Source of the DNA: a plasmid
Length of the DNA: 64,000 bases
Strand: one strand, 5' to 3'
Sequence record: NZ_CP049261.1
This document shows, piece after piece, positions 43,076 through 54,488 of this stretch (position 1 is its first letter; every line of letters starts with the position of its first letter). A model generated the notes under the pieces. The model made no database searches. It had not been told where the DNA came from and worked only from the letters and a program-made list of their open reading frames with translations. Made by a program: the position numbers and the translations under genes.

Positions 43076-43365
43076 TATTAGTGTTTATGCAGGATATATC
43101 TTTAATCTTTTTTACGTTTCAGATAAATCAATGGGTTGGTTATTTTTCTTATTCTGTGTTTGTGACGAAACTAACAATTTGAGAACGGTGTGGCGTTATT
43201 TTTCAATGCTTTTCATAATAACCATAAGCCTGCTCAGAATATTGACTGGTGGCGGATTTATTAGCAGGCTAATTCAGCTGAGAAAACATCCGATAAAAAG
43301 CTTTTGAGGACAAATGGCGCTGCGCCTGGCGGGTAAACTGGAGACGCATTCATTATTCATTCGAG

Positions 43366-43757
43366 GTGGATATGTCTTTTACTCATATGCGTATCGCAAG
43401 GCCAGTCACCAGCCTGGAAACTTCTTTCCGGCTCTGGTCGCAGGGGCTCGGCCTTGTACGACTGGGAGAATTTACCGATCACGCAGGCTTCAGCGGCGTG
43501 ATGCTGGGCGCAAGGATTTGCCCTGGCACCTGGAATTTACGGTATGCCTCGATAGTCCTGTTATACCGTCGCCCGGCCATGAAGATCTGCTGGTGCTCTA
43601 TTACCCTGAGCACGACGAATGGCAGCGCGTATGCCGCTCGCTTGAAGAAGTTGGGTTTATCCGCACGCCCTCTTTTAACCCTTACTGGGATATGAACGGG
43701 CAAACCTGGATGGACCATGATGGTTATCGTGTAGTGGTGCAAAATCAGGCGTGGTAA
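43366..43757 (+). pseudogene. VOC/glyoxalase-like protein (YycE-like), frame switch near 43540
   Basis: ORFs 43366..43695 and 43314..43757 join into one ~130-aa VOC-like protein. Confidence 0.45.
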
Positions 43758-43794
43758 TGCGTTCTGCACTGTCGCATCAGTAATCAGTCACACA

Positions 43795-44310
43795 CTAAAG
43801 CGATAACCTCATGGCGCACCGGCTGTCACGCGCAAAGCCGTGCGCGGCTTCTTCATCAAGCAGACGTGCCAGCGCGTCCGGCATATCTGCTTCTGAAATC
43901 ACGCTAAACCCCAGACGCGCATAAAACGGCTGATTCCACGGCACGTTTCGGAAGGTGGTAAGCGTCAGCGCGGTGAGCTGTTTTTCCCGTGCATGGCGAA
44001 TGGCGTCGGCCATCAGCCTTTTCCCAAGCCCCATTCCCTGACAATCGCGCTTTACCGCCACGCCCAGAATGTGCAGCGCGCCGTCAATATAATCGCCGTT
44101 AATAAACCCGACGGGAGCGTCATTCGCATTGACCACCACGGCGGAATAGCCGCGCTCACACAACCGGCGATGTAAATCGTCGGGCTGAACGCCATCGGTC
44201 GCCACCCAGGCGAGCGCCGGGATCGTCTCAAAGGCGCTGTCTGCCGAGCGCTCAATGGCTGCCAGGCTTGCGATATCGTTGATTACGGTCTTTCTGATTC
44301 TAAATGTCAT
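43795..44310 (-). CDS. GNAT N-acetyltransferase
   Basis: …VAVKRDCQGMGLGKRLMADAIRHARE… acetyl-CoA binding motif. Confidence 0.75.
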   Translation of the reverse strand: MTFRIRKTVINDIASLAAIERSADSAFETIPALAWVATDGVQPDDLHRRLCERGYSAVVVNANDAPVGFINGDYIDGALHILGVAVKRDCQGMGLGKRLMADAIRHAREKQLTALTLTTFRNVPWNQPFYARLGFSVISEADMPDALARLLDEEAAHGFARDSRCAMRLSL

Positions 44311-44411
44311 TTCGGGCTCCCTGTTATGCCGTATCCATATTTCGCCCGCGGGCGAAGCATCGTTTCTTCATCACTTTACACTGCAACAACATTCCGTGAT
44401 GGAGAAAGCCC

Positions 44412-44735
44412 ATGATAGCCGTTTTATTTGAAGCGCAGGCGCTGCCAGAGGCGCAGCAACGTTATTTTGAACTCGCCGCCGCGCTGAAGCCGCTGCTGGC
44501 GGATGCGCCAGGTTTTATCGACCTTGAGCGGTTTCAGAGCCTCACCGCGCCCGAGAGAATTCTCTCGCTCTCCTGGTGGGAAAGCGAAGCGGCGGTGCGG
44601 GCGTGGAAAGGCAACCTGATGCATCAGGCCGCGCAGCAGGAAGGACGGGAACATATTTTTGCCCATTATCGTATCCGCGTGGCGCAGGTGCTCCGCGACT
44701 ATTCCTCTGAGACAAAGGATAACTCACATGTATGA
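44412..44735 (+). CDS. Antibiotic-biosynthesis-monooxygenase (ABM) family protein
   Basis: 107 aa ABM fold-like sequence. Confidence 0.65.
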   Translation: MIAVLFEAQALPEAQQRYFELAAALKPLLADAPGFIDLERFQSLTAPERILSLSWWESEAAVRAWKGNLMHQAAQQEGREHIFAHYRIRVAQVLRDYSSETKDNSHV

Positions 44736-45126
44736 TATCCACGTGATCATCAGTAACACGCCGGGCGCGCTGGCGACGCTCGGGACGCTGCTTGGTAAAA
44801 ATGGCGTCGGCCTTGAAGGCGGCGGCGTGTTTTCACTGGCGCAGGAAAGCCATGCGCATTTTCTGGTGGAAGAGGGCGAAACGGCACGGCGCGTGTTGCA
44901 GGACGCCGGGTTTACGGTGCAAAACGTCACCCGTCCGCTTATCCGTAAACTGTCGCAGGCACGACCGGGCGAACTTGGCGAGATAGCCCGCGCGCTCGCC
45001 GAAGGCGGCGTGAATATTCTTGTGCAGTACAGCGATCACGCGAACCGGTTGATTCTTGTCACCGATAATCCTGAACAGGCAGAAAAGGTAACCAGACCAT
45101 GGGCAATCCCGGACGACACCCCCTGA
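44728..45126 (+). CDS. ACT-domain protein
   Basis: 4-nt overlap with ABM gene; …[27 protein letters not shown]… ACT-like. Confidence 0.5.
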   Translation: MYDIHVIISNTPGALATLGTLLGKNGVGLEGGGVFSLAQESHAHFLVEEGETARRVLQDAGFTVQNVTRPLIRKLSQARPGELGEIARALAEGGVNILVQYSDHANRLILVTDNPEQAEKVTRPWAIPDDTP

Positions 45127-45824
45127 CAGACGCCGACACCGCGCCGGAGCTTGGACAGGCGATGTCGGGCGTCGCGGCGGCGATGGCCGATCCGTCGCGC
45201 GTGGCGATGTTGTGCGCGCTGATGGATGGCCGGGCGTGGACGGCGACAGAGCTTAGCGCGGTGGCGGATATCGCGCCGTCCACCGCGAGCGCGCATCTCG
45301 CGCGGCTGCTCAGCCACGGTCTGGTGGTTTGCCTTTCTCAGGGGCGGCATCGCTACTACCGGCTGGCGGGCCATGAGATCGCCGGGCTGCTGGAGACGCT
45401 GATGGGCGTCTCCATGAATCCACAGCGCCAGCCAGTGTCCAGCACACCCGGACATTTACGCCAGGCGCGCACCTGCTATGACCATCTGGCGGGCGAGCTC
45501 GCCGTGCAGCTCTACGCGTTTATGCTGGAGGAAAAATGGCTGACGCCGGACGGCAATGCGCTCACCGAACGCGGGCGCGAGCGTTTTACGGCGCTTGGCG
45601 TACCGCTTAATCCAAAGCCCCGGCGCAAAGCGTGCTGCCCGTGTCTCGACTGGAGCGAACGGCGTTATCACCTGGGCGGTGATGCCGGTGCGGCGCTACT
45701 GACGCTCTTTTTACAGGAAGGCTGGCTTCTGAGAACGCCAGGCTACCGGGAAGTGACCGTCACCGCCGCCGGGCGCGCTGCGCTGCAACGCGTCTTCGCT
45801 GTTAATGGCGCGGTAACAGTCTGA
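45099..45824 (+). CDS. ArsR/SmtB-like HTH transcriptional regulator with C-terminal extension
   Basis: …[48 protein letters not shown]…. Confidence 0.5.
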   Translation: MGNPGRHPLTDADTAPELGQAMSGVAAAMADPSRVAMLCALMDGRAWTATELSAVADIAPSTASAHLARLLSHGLVVCLSQGRHRYYRLAGHEIAGLLETLMGVSMNPQRQPVSSTPGHLRQARTCYDHLAGELAVQLYAFMLEEKWLTPDGNALTERGRERFTALGVPLNPKPRRKACCPCLDWSERRYHLGGDAGAALLTLFLQEGWLLRTPGYREVTVTAAGRAALQRVFAVNGAVTV

Positions 45825-45905
45825 AAACCGCACGATAATTCATCGTCCCGTCATGCAAACACTATACTTATCAGCCTTGGACCATCGCTAAATGAGGAAC
45901 CACTG

Positions 45906-46727
45906 ATGAGCACGATCAAGACGCAGGACGGCACGCAGATCTATTACAAAGACTGGGGCGCAGGCAAACCGGTGCTGTTCAGCCACGGCTGGCCGCTGGA
46001 TGCAGACATGTGGGACAGCCAGATGAATTTTCTGGCTGAGCGCGGCTACCGCGTGATTGCGTTTGACCGTCGCGGCTTCGGGCGTTCCGATCAGCCGTGG
46101 AACGGTTATGACTACGACACTTTTGCGTCTGACATCAACGACCTCATTGAGGCGCTGGATCTTCACGATGTCACGCTGGTGGGCTTCTCCATGGGCGGCG
46201 GCGATGTGGCGCGCTATATCGGCAACTACGGCACGTCGCGCATTGCGGCGCTGGTGCTGCTGGGTGCGGTGACGCCGGTGTTCGGTAAAATCGGCGATTA
46301 CAGCCAGGGCGTGGATCTCTCTGTTTTTGAAGGTATTCGCGATGGCCTGCGTAAAGATCGCGCGCAGTTTATCAGTGATTTCGCCGCGACGTTCTACGGC
46401 ACCAACGCAGGCCAGACGGTGTCGGAAGGCGTACTGACCCAGACGCTGAATATCGCGCTGCTGGCCTCGCTGAAAGGGACTATCGACTGCGTGACCGCCT
46501 TCTCGGAAACCGACTTCCGCGGCGACCTGCAAAAAGTGGATGTGCCGACGCTGGTCATTCACGGCAGCAACGACCAGGTCGTGCCGTTTGAATCCACCGG
46601 TAAAGTGGCGGCGGAAATGATTGCGAACGCGGAACTGAAAGTATACGACAACGGCCCGCACGGCTTTGCTGTGACCCATCAGGACCAGCTGAACGACGAT
46701 CTGCTGGCGTTCCTGAAATCCCTGTAA
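45906..46727 (+). CDS. Alpha/beta hydrolase, non-haem haloperoxidase/esterase family
   Basis: …FSHGWPL…GFSMGGG… nucleophile elbow; 273 aa. Confidence 0.8.
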   Translation: MSTIKTQDGTQIYYKDWGAGKPVLFSHGWPLDADMWDSQMNFLAERGYRVIAFDRRGFGRSDQPWNGYDYDTFASDINDLIEALDLHDVTLVGFSMGGGDVARYIGNYGTSRIAALVLLGAVTPVFGKIGDYSQGVDLSVFEGIRDGLRKDRAQFISDFAATFYGTNAGQTVSEGVLTQTLNIALLASLKGTIDCVTAFSETDFRGDLQKVDVPTLVIHGSNDQVVPFESTGKVAAEMIANAELKVYDNGPHGFAVTHQDQLNDDLLAFLKSL

Positions 46728-46773
46728 GACAGCTCTGGCTGGCCGGTTTTCCGGCCAGCGTATCACTGCGGCG

Positions 46774-48150
46774 TTACGCCTCCCCGGAGGCCTCTTTTCC
46801 CACCAGCAGCGTGGTTAACACGAACGATATCACCAGCGCCATAACGACGCCTGCCAGCGCAAAGATAAAATACGGGCCGATATAGGCGGGCAGGCTGAAA
46901 ATACTCGACAGAATGTAACCGTACAGCCGTACGCCAAAGAACGCGATAAACGCTGAGGCCAGCGAGCTTGCGATCGTTGCGGAGATAAACGCTTTTTTAT
47001 AGCGCGTCAGGACGCCAAACAGCGCGGGTTCAGTAATGCCCAGCAGCGCGGAGATGGCCGCGGACAACGTGACGGTTTTCTCGTGGCGTGTTTTATTCAG
47101 GCGCCAGATGGCAAATGTCGAGCCAGCAATCGCCATATTCGCCATAAACATCATCGGCATCAGCATGTCATAGCCGCGATCGCTGAAGTTTTGCAGCGCA
47201 ATTGGCGTCATGGCGTGGTGCATCCCGGTCAGGACGGCCACCGGGCGGATCGCGCCCACAATCAGCCCGGCGAAACTCGCCGAGACACTAAAGAGCCCTT
47301 CGATAAACAGCGCCAGCCCTTTGCCAAGCCAGATACCAATCGGGCCTATCACCACCAGCGCCGCCAGCGCGCCAATAAACAGGGTTAACGTGGGCGTAAA
47401 CACGGTTTTCAGCACGTCAGGCATGATGTGGTCGACCCAGCGGTAGATGTAGCTCAACGCCAGGACAGAGAAAATCACCGGAATGACGCTTGCCGAATAG
47501 TTAAACACCGAGACCGGAATGGCATTGAGCAGCCAGAGCGCGCTGACCGCGCCTTCCTGGTGCGTCGCCAGCGCTTTGGCAGCCTCAATCAGCGACGGAT
47601 ACATCAGGCACGCGGCGACAGCAGCCGCCAGATACTCATTGACCTTAAAGATTCTGGCGGCAGAGACTGCAAGCAAAAAGGGCAGAAAGTAAAAGACGCC
47701 GCTGGCGATAAGATCGATGATCACGACCGTATCGCTTTTGGCGGAAACCACTTTCAGGGCGACTAAGCCTGCCAGCAAGCCCTTGATCATCCCGGCTCCG
47801 GCAATTGCCGGCACAATCGGGCCGAACACGCCAGAGACCGTATCCATAAAGAGCGATACCAGGCCTTTGCGTCCTTTGGCGGGCGTCGTGGCGGCTGCGG
47901 GTTTATCGCCCAGCGCGCTGAGCATTTGTTCGTACCAGCTATTCACCTTCGGCCCGATGATGACCTGAAACTGATCGCTCTGAAGCTGTGCGCCCAGCAC
48001 GCCGGGGAGCTTTTTAATCGCAGTCTGATCGACTTTATCATCATCAACTAAATCGAAGCGCAGCCGCGTCATGCAGTGCCAGACTTTATTAATATTCCCC
48101 TGGCCGCCGACCAGACGAATAATATTATTAATGGCTTCTTGCGTCCCCAT
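46774..48150 (-). CDS. PTS EIIBC component, glucoside (sucrose/trehalose/beta-glucoside) family, no IIA domain
   Basis: N-terminal EIIB (…CMTRLRFDL…) + EIIC membrane domain; 458 aa. Confidence 0.8.
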   Translation of the reverse strand: MGTQEAINNIIRLVGGQGNINKVWHCMTRLRFDLVDDDKVDQTAIKKLPGVLGAQLQSDQFQVIIGPKVNSWYEQMLSALGDKPAAATTPAKGRKGLVSLFMDTVSGVFGPIVPAIAGAGMIKGLLAGLVALKVVSAKSDTVVIIDLIASGVFYFLPFLLAVSAARIFKVNEYLAAAVAACLMYPSLIEAAKALATHQEGAVSALWLLNAIPVSVFNYSASVIPVIFSVLALSYIYRWVDHIMPDVLKTVFTPTLTLFIGALAALVVIGPIGIWLGKGLALFIEGLFSVSASFAGLIVGAIRPVAVLTGMHHAMTPIALQNFSDRGYDMLMPMMFMANMAIAGSTFAIWRLNKTRHEKTVTLSAAISALLGITEPALFGVLTRYKKAFISATIASSLASAFIAFFGVRLYGYILSSIFSLPAYIGPYFIFALAGVVMALVISFVLTTLLVGKEASGEA

Positions 48151-48429
48151 AATGACTCCTGCCGAATGTTGTTGTCGTTTTAATGGTCCTGTGAAGGATA
48201 ATTAAACCTTTTTGACAAAACAAACCAATAAAAGTTGATTCTGCTCACATCTTTGCTTCTGGTGTGGATTGAAAGCAGTGTAATGGTAAAATTGGTATGG
48301 TTTATTGGTGCTTTTAAAAAGAAATTACTGACCAAAATAAATAGTCAAAAAAAGGGTTTACCCGCCATTATTTTTAAGGTCATGATATTGACATTCCGTA
48401 TTTCCATAGCGCTGCAAAGGAGTGATTTC

Positions 48430-49629
48430 GTGACGCCTGTGAACATCAAAAATATCGAATGTTTTATCACCCGCCCGGACAGGCATAACCTGGTGACGGT
48501 TCGCGTGACGACCGACCAGGGCGTGACGGGGCACGGCTGCGCCACGTTCCAGCAGCGCCCGCTCGCTGTTAAAACGCTGGTGGAGGAGTATTTACAGCCG
48601 CTGCTGACGGGCCGTGATGCGAACAATATCGAAGATCTGTGGCAGATGATGAACGTCAACGCCTACTGGCGTAACGGCCCGGTGATGAACAACGCAATAT
48701 CGGGCGTGGATATGGCGCTGTGGGATATTAAAAGCCAGCTCGCCGGTATGCCGCTGTACCAGCTTTTCGGCGGTAAATCCCGTGACGCGATCCCGGCATA
48801 CAGCCACGCCAGCGGCGACACGCTGGACGCGCTTTTTGCGTCCGTGGATGCGCTCATCGAACAGGGATATCGCCATATTCGCTGCCAGCTCGGTTTTTAC
48901 GGCGGCACGCCTTCCGGCCTGCACGCGCCGGAAAACCCGACGCCCGGCGCGTGGTTCGATCAGCAGGAATATATGCGCAATACCGTCGATATGTTCCGCG
49001 CGCTGCGTGAGAAATATGGCTGGAGCCTGCATTTTCTGCATGATGTTCACGAGCGTCTGTTCCCGCAGCAGGCCATACAGCTTGCGAAACAACTGGAGCC
49101 TTACCAGCCCTATTTTATTGAAGATATTCTGCCTCCCCAGCAGAGCGCCTGGCTTGAACAGGTACGCCAGCATAGCTGCGTGCCGCTGGCGATGGGCGAG
49201 CTCTTTAATAACCCAAGTGAATGGCACGATCTGATCGTCAACCGCCGTATCGATTTTATCCGCTGCCACGTTTCGCAAATCGGCGGGATCACCCCGGCAC
49301 TGAAGCTTGCGCATCTGTGCCAGGCGTTCGGTGTGCGTCTCGCGTGGCATGGCCCGGGCGATATGACCCCGATTGGCGTGGCGGTGAACACGCATTTAAA
49401 CATTCATCTGCATAACGCGGCGATTCAGGAATTTATTCCGCGCTCGGCCATGACCGATCGGGTTTTCCCCGGCGCGCCGGAGGTGAAAGACGGGTTTATC
49501 TATCCGCCGGTCAATGCCGGCATCGGCGTCGGATTTAACGAGGCGCTGGCGCAGGCGCATCCGGTGATGTATCGCCCGCATGAATGGACACAAAGCCGCC
49601 TGCCGGACGGCACGCTTCACACGCCCTGA
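48430..49629 (+). CDS. Enolase-superfamily D-mannonate/galactonate dehydratase (RspA-like), GTG start
   Basis: RBS aaaggag 7 nt before GTG; mandelate-racemase/RspA-like sequence. Confidence 0.7.
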   Translation: MTPVNIKNIECFITRPDRHNLVTVRVTTDQGVTGHGCATFQQRPLAVKTLVEEYLQPLLTGRDANNIEDLWQMMNVNAYWRNGPVMNNAISGVDMALWDIKSQLAGMPLYQLFGGKSRDAIPAYSHASGDTLDALFASVDALIEQGYRHIRCQLGFYGGTPSGLHAPENPTPGAWFDQQEYMRNTVDMFRALREKYGWSLHFLHDVHERLFPQQAIQLAKQLEPYQPYFIEDILPPQQSAWLEQVRQHSCVPLAMGELFNNPSEWHDLIVNRRIDFIRCHVSQIGGITPALKLAHLCQAFGVRLAWHGPGDMTPIGVAVNTHLNIHLHNAAIQEFIPRSAMTDRVFPGAPEVKDGFIYPPVNAGIGVGFNEALAQAHPVMYRPHEWTQSRLPDGTLHTP

Positions 49630-50336
49630 TGCTGGCGGCGGGTCAGCGTGTCGCGGTTATACGGAATGACATAGGTGCAGGTGTAGTTGATATCAATAAT
49701 ATCGCTCACCTCAAACACGCGACCGCCTTCCAGAATGCCTCTATTGTTAATATGCATCGCCGGGCTGCCTTTCTTGCAGCCCAGCAGTATCGCCTGTTCG
49801 CGGCCCACGCTCACGGCGCGGTAGGTGGTCAGCAGGTGCGAAATCGTCAGCCCTTTACTCAGCACATATTGCTGAATGGAATGCTCAATCACCTGTTGGT
49901 TAAGGTCAGGAAAATCCGCCGCCGGCATGCTGGAGATTTCCAGCTGAACCGGCGCGTCGTCGACATAGCGCAGGCGGCAAAAATGCCAGATGAAGCTCTC
50001 CTCACTAATGCCGAAAATCTGCTGCGCCGCTTTGTCCGGGCGCTTTTTATGCAGGCTAATCATCCGGTAGCGAATTTGATCGAAGCGTTTTTCGGTAATC
50101 GAGTTATACACCAGCGGATTACTGCGCGCCTGCTCGTTGATCCAGGCGCCTGAGCCCTGAACAATCCGCACCACGCCGATGCTCACCAGCTTTTCCAGCG
50201 CCTGGCGAATGGTAAAACGCGAGACGCCATATTCTTCCGCTAACTGCCGTTCCGGCGACAGCTTCCGCGGGCCAGTCGTAGTGTCCTGGTAAATTTTGCT
50301 GAGCAGATCCTGAGTCACAAACTCTGTTTTATTCAT
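49617..50336 (-). CDS. GntR-family (HutC/UTRA subfamily) transcriptional regulator
   Basis: HTH …[25 protein letters not shown]… + UTRA-like C-domain. Confidence 0.8.
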   Translation of the reverse strand: MNKTEFVTQDLLSKIYQDTTTGPRKLSPERQLAEEYGVSRFTIRQALEKLVSIGVVRIVQGSGAWINEQARSNPLVYNSITEKRFDQIRYRMISLHKKRPDKAAQQIFGISEESFIWHFCRLRYVDDAPVQLEISSMPAADFPDLNQQVIEHSIQQYVLSKGLTISHLLTTYRAVSVGREQAILLGCKKGSPAMHINNRGILEGGRVFEVSDIIDINYTCTYVIPYNRDTLTRRQHQGV

Positions 50337-50530
50337 TATCTTTACCTGCATAACGTCGGCGGGGCGCGGGTCAAGCGTATCATTTAGCGGCGTTTTTTTC
50401 AGTCTGCCGGAAGGAAAGCTGTGTGGTGAATCGCTGCGGGTAAGCGTGAGGCAGGGGCTGCCCGGAAGCAAAAAACAGAAAAGTCATTCCACATGAGCGG
50501 CATGCGGAATGACTTTAACATCAGGACTTA

Positions 50531-50824
50531 TCAGCCATATTTACGCGCAAAGTTTTCATCGGTATCACACAGATAAATGATGAACTCGACAAACGCGATA
50601 ATCGAAGGAATAAAGGTCCAGCAGAAGATGAGATAAAGTAAGCCCTGGCCGATTTTACCTAAATAGAATTTATGTGCTCCGAAACCGCCCAGGAAAAATG
50701 CGAGTAACGCGGCGCTGATTCTGTTTTTATTCCCGCCAGTGAATTGCGTCGCACCGCACTGCGGGCAGGCTCTGGCCGATTCATGAATTTCTTTCCCGCA
50801 CCCGCGGCAAAACACCATCGACAT
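50531..50824 (-). CDS. Zinc-ribbon + TM2-domain membrane protein
   Basis: CRGCG…CPQCG then two TM helices. Confidence 0.55.
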   Translation of the reverse strand: MSMVFCRGCGKEIHESARACPQCGATQFTGGNKNRISAALLAFFLGGFGAHKFYLGKIGQGLLYLIFCWTFIPSIIAFVEFIIYLCDTDENFARKYG

Positions 50825-50962
50825 TTTGGTATCCTTATTGTCGTTATTGATTTCTACGAAACGATTGCTGTTCAGCGCAATAATACGCTTTTAGTGCATT
50901 AAGAGATAACCCTAAATAACGGGCTGAACGGCACTTATTCAGTGCGATCGAAAAGAGGCATC

Positions 50963-51310
50963 ATGTTACTGGAAAGGCTCACTACGCTCGAACAAAGCCT
51001 GCATGGCGACCAGCGCCGCGACCCCGCCTGGCTTGAATACCTGCTTCACCCGCAGTTTTGCGAGGTGACACGCTCCGGTGTCCTGGTCAATCGGGATGAA
51101 ACAATTGATGCGCTGACACAGGAAACCGGCACCGCGTTTATTGTGAGCGATGGTTTTTCGCTGCTGTCGGTAAACGCCGGTAGCGCTATTCTGCGCTACC
51201 GCACGTGTACGGCCGAAGGCCATCGTCCGGCATGGCGCGCGTCGCACTGGGTAAAAGTGGACGAAGCCCGCTGGCAGCTTATTTTTCATCAGGGCACGCC
51301 TGCCGTCTGA
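50963..51310 (+). CDS. NTF2-like (DUF4440/SnoaL-like) small protein
   Basis: Fold guess. Confidence 0.4.
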   Translation: MLLERLTTLEQSLHGDQRRDPAWLEYLLHPQFCEVTRSGVLVNRDETIDALTQETGTAFIVSDGFSLLSVNAGSAILRYRTCTAEGHRPAWRASHWVKVDEARWQLIFHQGTPAV

Positions 51311-51459
51311 ACATTATCCGTCATGTTACCGTTAACGGTGTGAGCCTGTACTCCGCACGGTTAAATTATTGTCACCAGACGGGCGTAAGCCCCTCCAGAA
51401 ACGGCCGCCGATACCGATAACCCCTGAAGCCATGTTGGTGATTTCCGGGGAACCGTTTC

Positions 51460-53037
51460 GTGACTCTCAGACAGTTTATTTCCTACCGACTTGGGTTGAG
51501 CACGTCGCTTGGCCGAAGTCTGGCTGTCTTACTTCTGTTCCTCCTGGTGGGCGGGATCGGCACGAACGTACTGGTGTTTATGCACTCCTGGGATGATGAG
51601 ATAGCACAGGCCGCCAATAAGGCAGTCAACCTTTCTGTCGCCCAGGTGCGTCAGGCGGAAGATACCTTTATGGCAGTCGGCCAGACGCTTGATGACGTGC
51701 GCGCGGCGGTCAGTGCCGGGCAGGCCGCAACGTACCATAGCTATCTGGTGCGCCTGAAAGCGCGTCAGCCGCTGCTCGACGGGCTCTATTTCTACAACGC
51801 GCAGGGCGTTATCAAAGGTTCTTCATCCGGCATCAGCGGCATTCCGGGCGATATCACGCATCAGGACTATTTCCAGTTTCATTATGAGAACCGCCAGACC
51901 GGCATTCATATCGGGCGCGTGATTAAAAGCCTGGCGTCCGGTGAGCTTGTGATCCCGGTATCGGTGAGAGTTAACGATCTCAGCGGTGGCTTCGCGGGCG
52001 TGGTGCTCGCTACCGTTAAGCTTGACTATTTCCGCCGCTTTTACAGCTATTTCGAGCTCGGCCCGCGCGACATGCTGGCACTGCTGCTGACTGACGGTTC
52101 GGTGCTCTGTGTGCGACCCTACGATGAAGCGAAAATTGACATGAATATTGCCGGCAGTCCGCTGTTTACCCGCGAGCTGATTCGCGCCGACCGCGGCACC
52201 GGCACCTGGGTGGCGTCGCTCGATCATATTGAAAGGGTATTCGGCTTTGCCCGTACGGAAAAACTGCCGCTGGTGGTGGTCGCCGGTTACGATCGCGCCG
52301 AAGTGCGTATGCACTGGCTGCGTAATAATCTGCCGGGTCTGCTCTCCAACTTTATGCTGCTGCTCGGGTTTCTGCTGTTCAGTTCTGTGGTGTTTCGCAA
52401 AGTGCGGGGCAGCATTCGCGATCAGCAGGAGCTCAAACAACTGCGCGACGAGCTTCTCAAAGCAAACCAGACGTTTAAATCGATGGCGATGGCCGACAGC
52501 CTGACGGGGCTTGCCAACCGCCGCAAGTTTGATACCACCCTCGCGAAAGTGCTGGCGGACGCCGCGGCTACAGGAAGCCCTGTGTCGCTGATTATGCTCG
52601 ATATCGATTTCTTCAAGCGCTACAACGACAGCCGCGGCCATGCCGCCGGGGACGCCTGTCTGCGGCTTATCAGCAATACGTTGCAGATGGTGACGCTGCG
52701 CACCAGCGATCTGGTGGCGCGTTACGGTGGAGAAGAGTTCGCGATCGTGCTGCCGGATACCACCGGCGAAGAAGCGCTGGCGCTCGCGCAGCGGGCTGTC
52801 TGTATGGTCAGGGAAAAACATCTGCCGCATCCGTCGACGGATCTGCCGGAGCAGATCGTCACCATCAGCGCCGGTTGCCATACGGTGCGGGGCAACGGGC
52901 GCGAGGACGCATTCAGCGTACTCATTCGTGGTGCCGATACTGCGCTTTATCTTGCGAAAAACCACGGGCGTAATCAGGCATACCGGTTCTCAAATACCAT
53001 TGCGACCGGCAATGATAAATCCATTTATGCGGCTTAG
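51460..53037 (+). CDS. Sensor diguanylate cyclase: periplasmic Cache-like domain between 2 TM + GGDEF (GGEEF)
   Basis: …RYGGEEFAIVLP… active site; GTG start. Confidence 0.85.
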   Translation: MTLRQFISYRLGLSTSLGRSLAVLLLFLLVGGIGTNVLVFMHSWDDEIAQAANKAVNLSVAQVRQAEDTFMAVGQTLDDVRAAVSAGQAATYHSYLVRLKARQPLLDGLYFYNAQGVIKGSSSGISGIPGDITHQDYFQFHYENRQTGIHIGRVIKSLASGELVIPVSVRVNDLSGGFAGVVLATVKLDYFRRFYSYFELGPRDMLALLLTDGSVLCVRPYDEAKIDMNIAGSPLFTRELIRADRGTGTWVASLDHIERVFGFARTEKLPLVVVAGYDRAEVRMHWLRNNLPGLLSNFMLLLGFLLFSSVVFRKVRGSIRDQQELKQLRDELLKANQTFKSMAMADSLTGLANRRKFDTTLAKVLADAAATGSPVSLIMLDIDFFKRYNDSRGHAAGDACLRLISNTLQMVTLRTSDLVARYGGEEFAIVLPDTTGEEALALAQRAVCMVREKHLPHPSTDLPEQIVTISAGCHTVRGNGREDAFSVLIRGADTALYLAKNHGRNQAYRFSNTIATGNDKSIYAA

Positions 53038-53119
53038 GGCGCGTGGAGCAGGGCAAGGCGTGCGTGGGTAAACGACGGGGATTCACCGTCAGGCGCGTTC
53101 CCCTGACGGTGTGGGGGCT

Positions 53120-53965
53120 TTAATGCTTACTGACACGCGCCAGGAACGTGTCCCACTGCGCTTTCAGGGCATCGACATGCGCTTTTTCGAGCTGTTTTAC
53201 TGGCGTGGGGTCCCGGCTTTCATTCACTTTGCGCATAAAACCGGCAAACCATTCTGGCGCGCTGGAAGATCTTGCCGTCACGGCAAGTATATCGTTGCGC
53301 GCTTTCTGGGATTCCCCTTTACCGGCCTCCAGCAGGCTAAGCTGATTTTCGTACTGCTTCACGCTCGCCATATCGCCGCTCTGTTTGGCGATGTCGATAA
53401 ACGCCTGTGTCATCGTTTTCATCTCGTCGTCCCGCGCGGCGGTTTTCTTTGTCATCCATGCGGTGACAATGTCCTGCGCTTTGGCCTGATTCTCCTGCGG
53501 CACATACTTCGCCACAAGATAGTTCAGTTTGGCCTGCTGCATGGCGAGATCCATATCGCTGGTCGTTGAGTTGGACGTGCTGGCGGCAGGTGTGTTCAGC
53601 GCTTCGGAGAGCAGGCTGCCCATATCCAGAGACGAGAGTGTGGAGAGTTTAGAAAAGTCTGCAAAGTTATCGTTGATTTCACTGTGCAGGACAAGGCCTG
53701 GCACACTGCTGTTCGCCTGCTGCTCCAGCACGGCGCGACGCTGTGCCAGCATGTTTTGCAGGCTTTTTTCACGCTCTTCTTTGCTTTGCCCGACATTGAC
53801 GGGCGTGTCACTGCCGGACTGCACGGCGCTGGTTTTGTCGGTTGAAATAGCGACCGTTTCCGGGGCTTTTTTACGGGTGTAATAATCACTGCTTACGGCG
53901 TAGCTGTCCTGCATGGCGGGTACGATGGCGGTCACTTTCCGAACTCCTTCCGGTTGAAATAGCAT
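53120..53965 (-). CDS. Hypothetical Ser/Thr/Gln-rich 281-aa protein, no signal peptide, no recognised domain
   Basis: Intact ORF adjacent to low-GC hcp islet. Confidence 0.4.
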   Translation of the reverse strand: MLFQPEGVRKVTAIVPAMQDSYAVSSDYYTRKKAPETVAISTDKTSAVQSGSDTPVNVGQSKEEREKSLQNMLAQRRAVLEQQANSSVPGLVLHSEINDNFADFSKLSTLSSLDMGSLLSEALNTPAASTSNSTTSDMDLAMQQAKLNYLVAKYVPQENQAKAQDIVTAWMTKKTAARDDEMKTMTQAFIDIAKQSGDMASVKQYENQLSLLEAGKGESQKARNDILAVTARSSSAPEWFAGFMRKVNESRDPTPVKQLEKAHVDALKAQWDTFLARVSKH

Positions 53966-54488
53966 CAGGAAGCTTATCGGCCTGTTAAATTAACCCTTTA
54001 GGGCTGTATGGTTTTCCCTACCTGTTCTGGGAGGGGCGGTATTTTTCTCCGCGATTAATTACATTATTAATACTTCATTTTCTATTAAATATGAGATTTA
54101 AGATAAATCGCAGGTTCGCTTTTTTATTAGCATGGAGATCATGATAAAACCCTTTTGTTTTATAACGTATTCTTTCCAGAGCAACGCATCGGCAATGGGT
54201 GTGATATTTTTTCCTTATTACCTTTAATAAATTTCATTATGATTTTCTTTATCCTGATCCCGGGGTTTTTTGTGAACCACTCCACATTTAATTCGTTCAT
54301 AACGATTAATGCTCCTGCAATAAAAGTGAAACACATACAGGATATACGCGGAAATAATTCGAATGAGATTCGTCTTAATTTCCGGAGCGGTATTGTTTAG
54401 CGTTTTGAATGAACTTACAGTGAAACCGAATTATTTGCCTCCGGGCTTTGCTTATTCTCACCTGCTATCTGATAACACGGAGTATTAC

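Noticed and set aside
45888-46766. 292-aa minus-strand ORF
   Set aside because: It is antisense to the alpha/beta-hydrolase gene and is a shadow ORF.
48592-49395. 267-aa minus-strand ORF
   Set aside because: It is antisense to the RspA-like dehydratase and is a shadow ORF.
51823-52965. 380-aa minus-strand ORF
   Set aside because: It is antisense to the diguanylate cyclase and is a shadow ORF.
53084-53110. Hairpin CACCGTCAGG...CCTGACGGTG between the DGC and the 281-aa gene, considered as an intrinsic terminator
   Set aside because: Neither strand has a following U-run. It is kept only as a possible structure.
54155-54400. 81-aa ORF in the AT-rich region upstream of hcp
   Set aside because: It is a low-complexity AT-rich translation with no RBS. 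It is probably non-coding promoter DNA.
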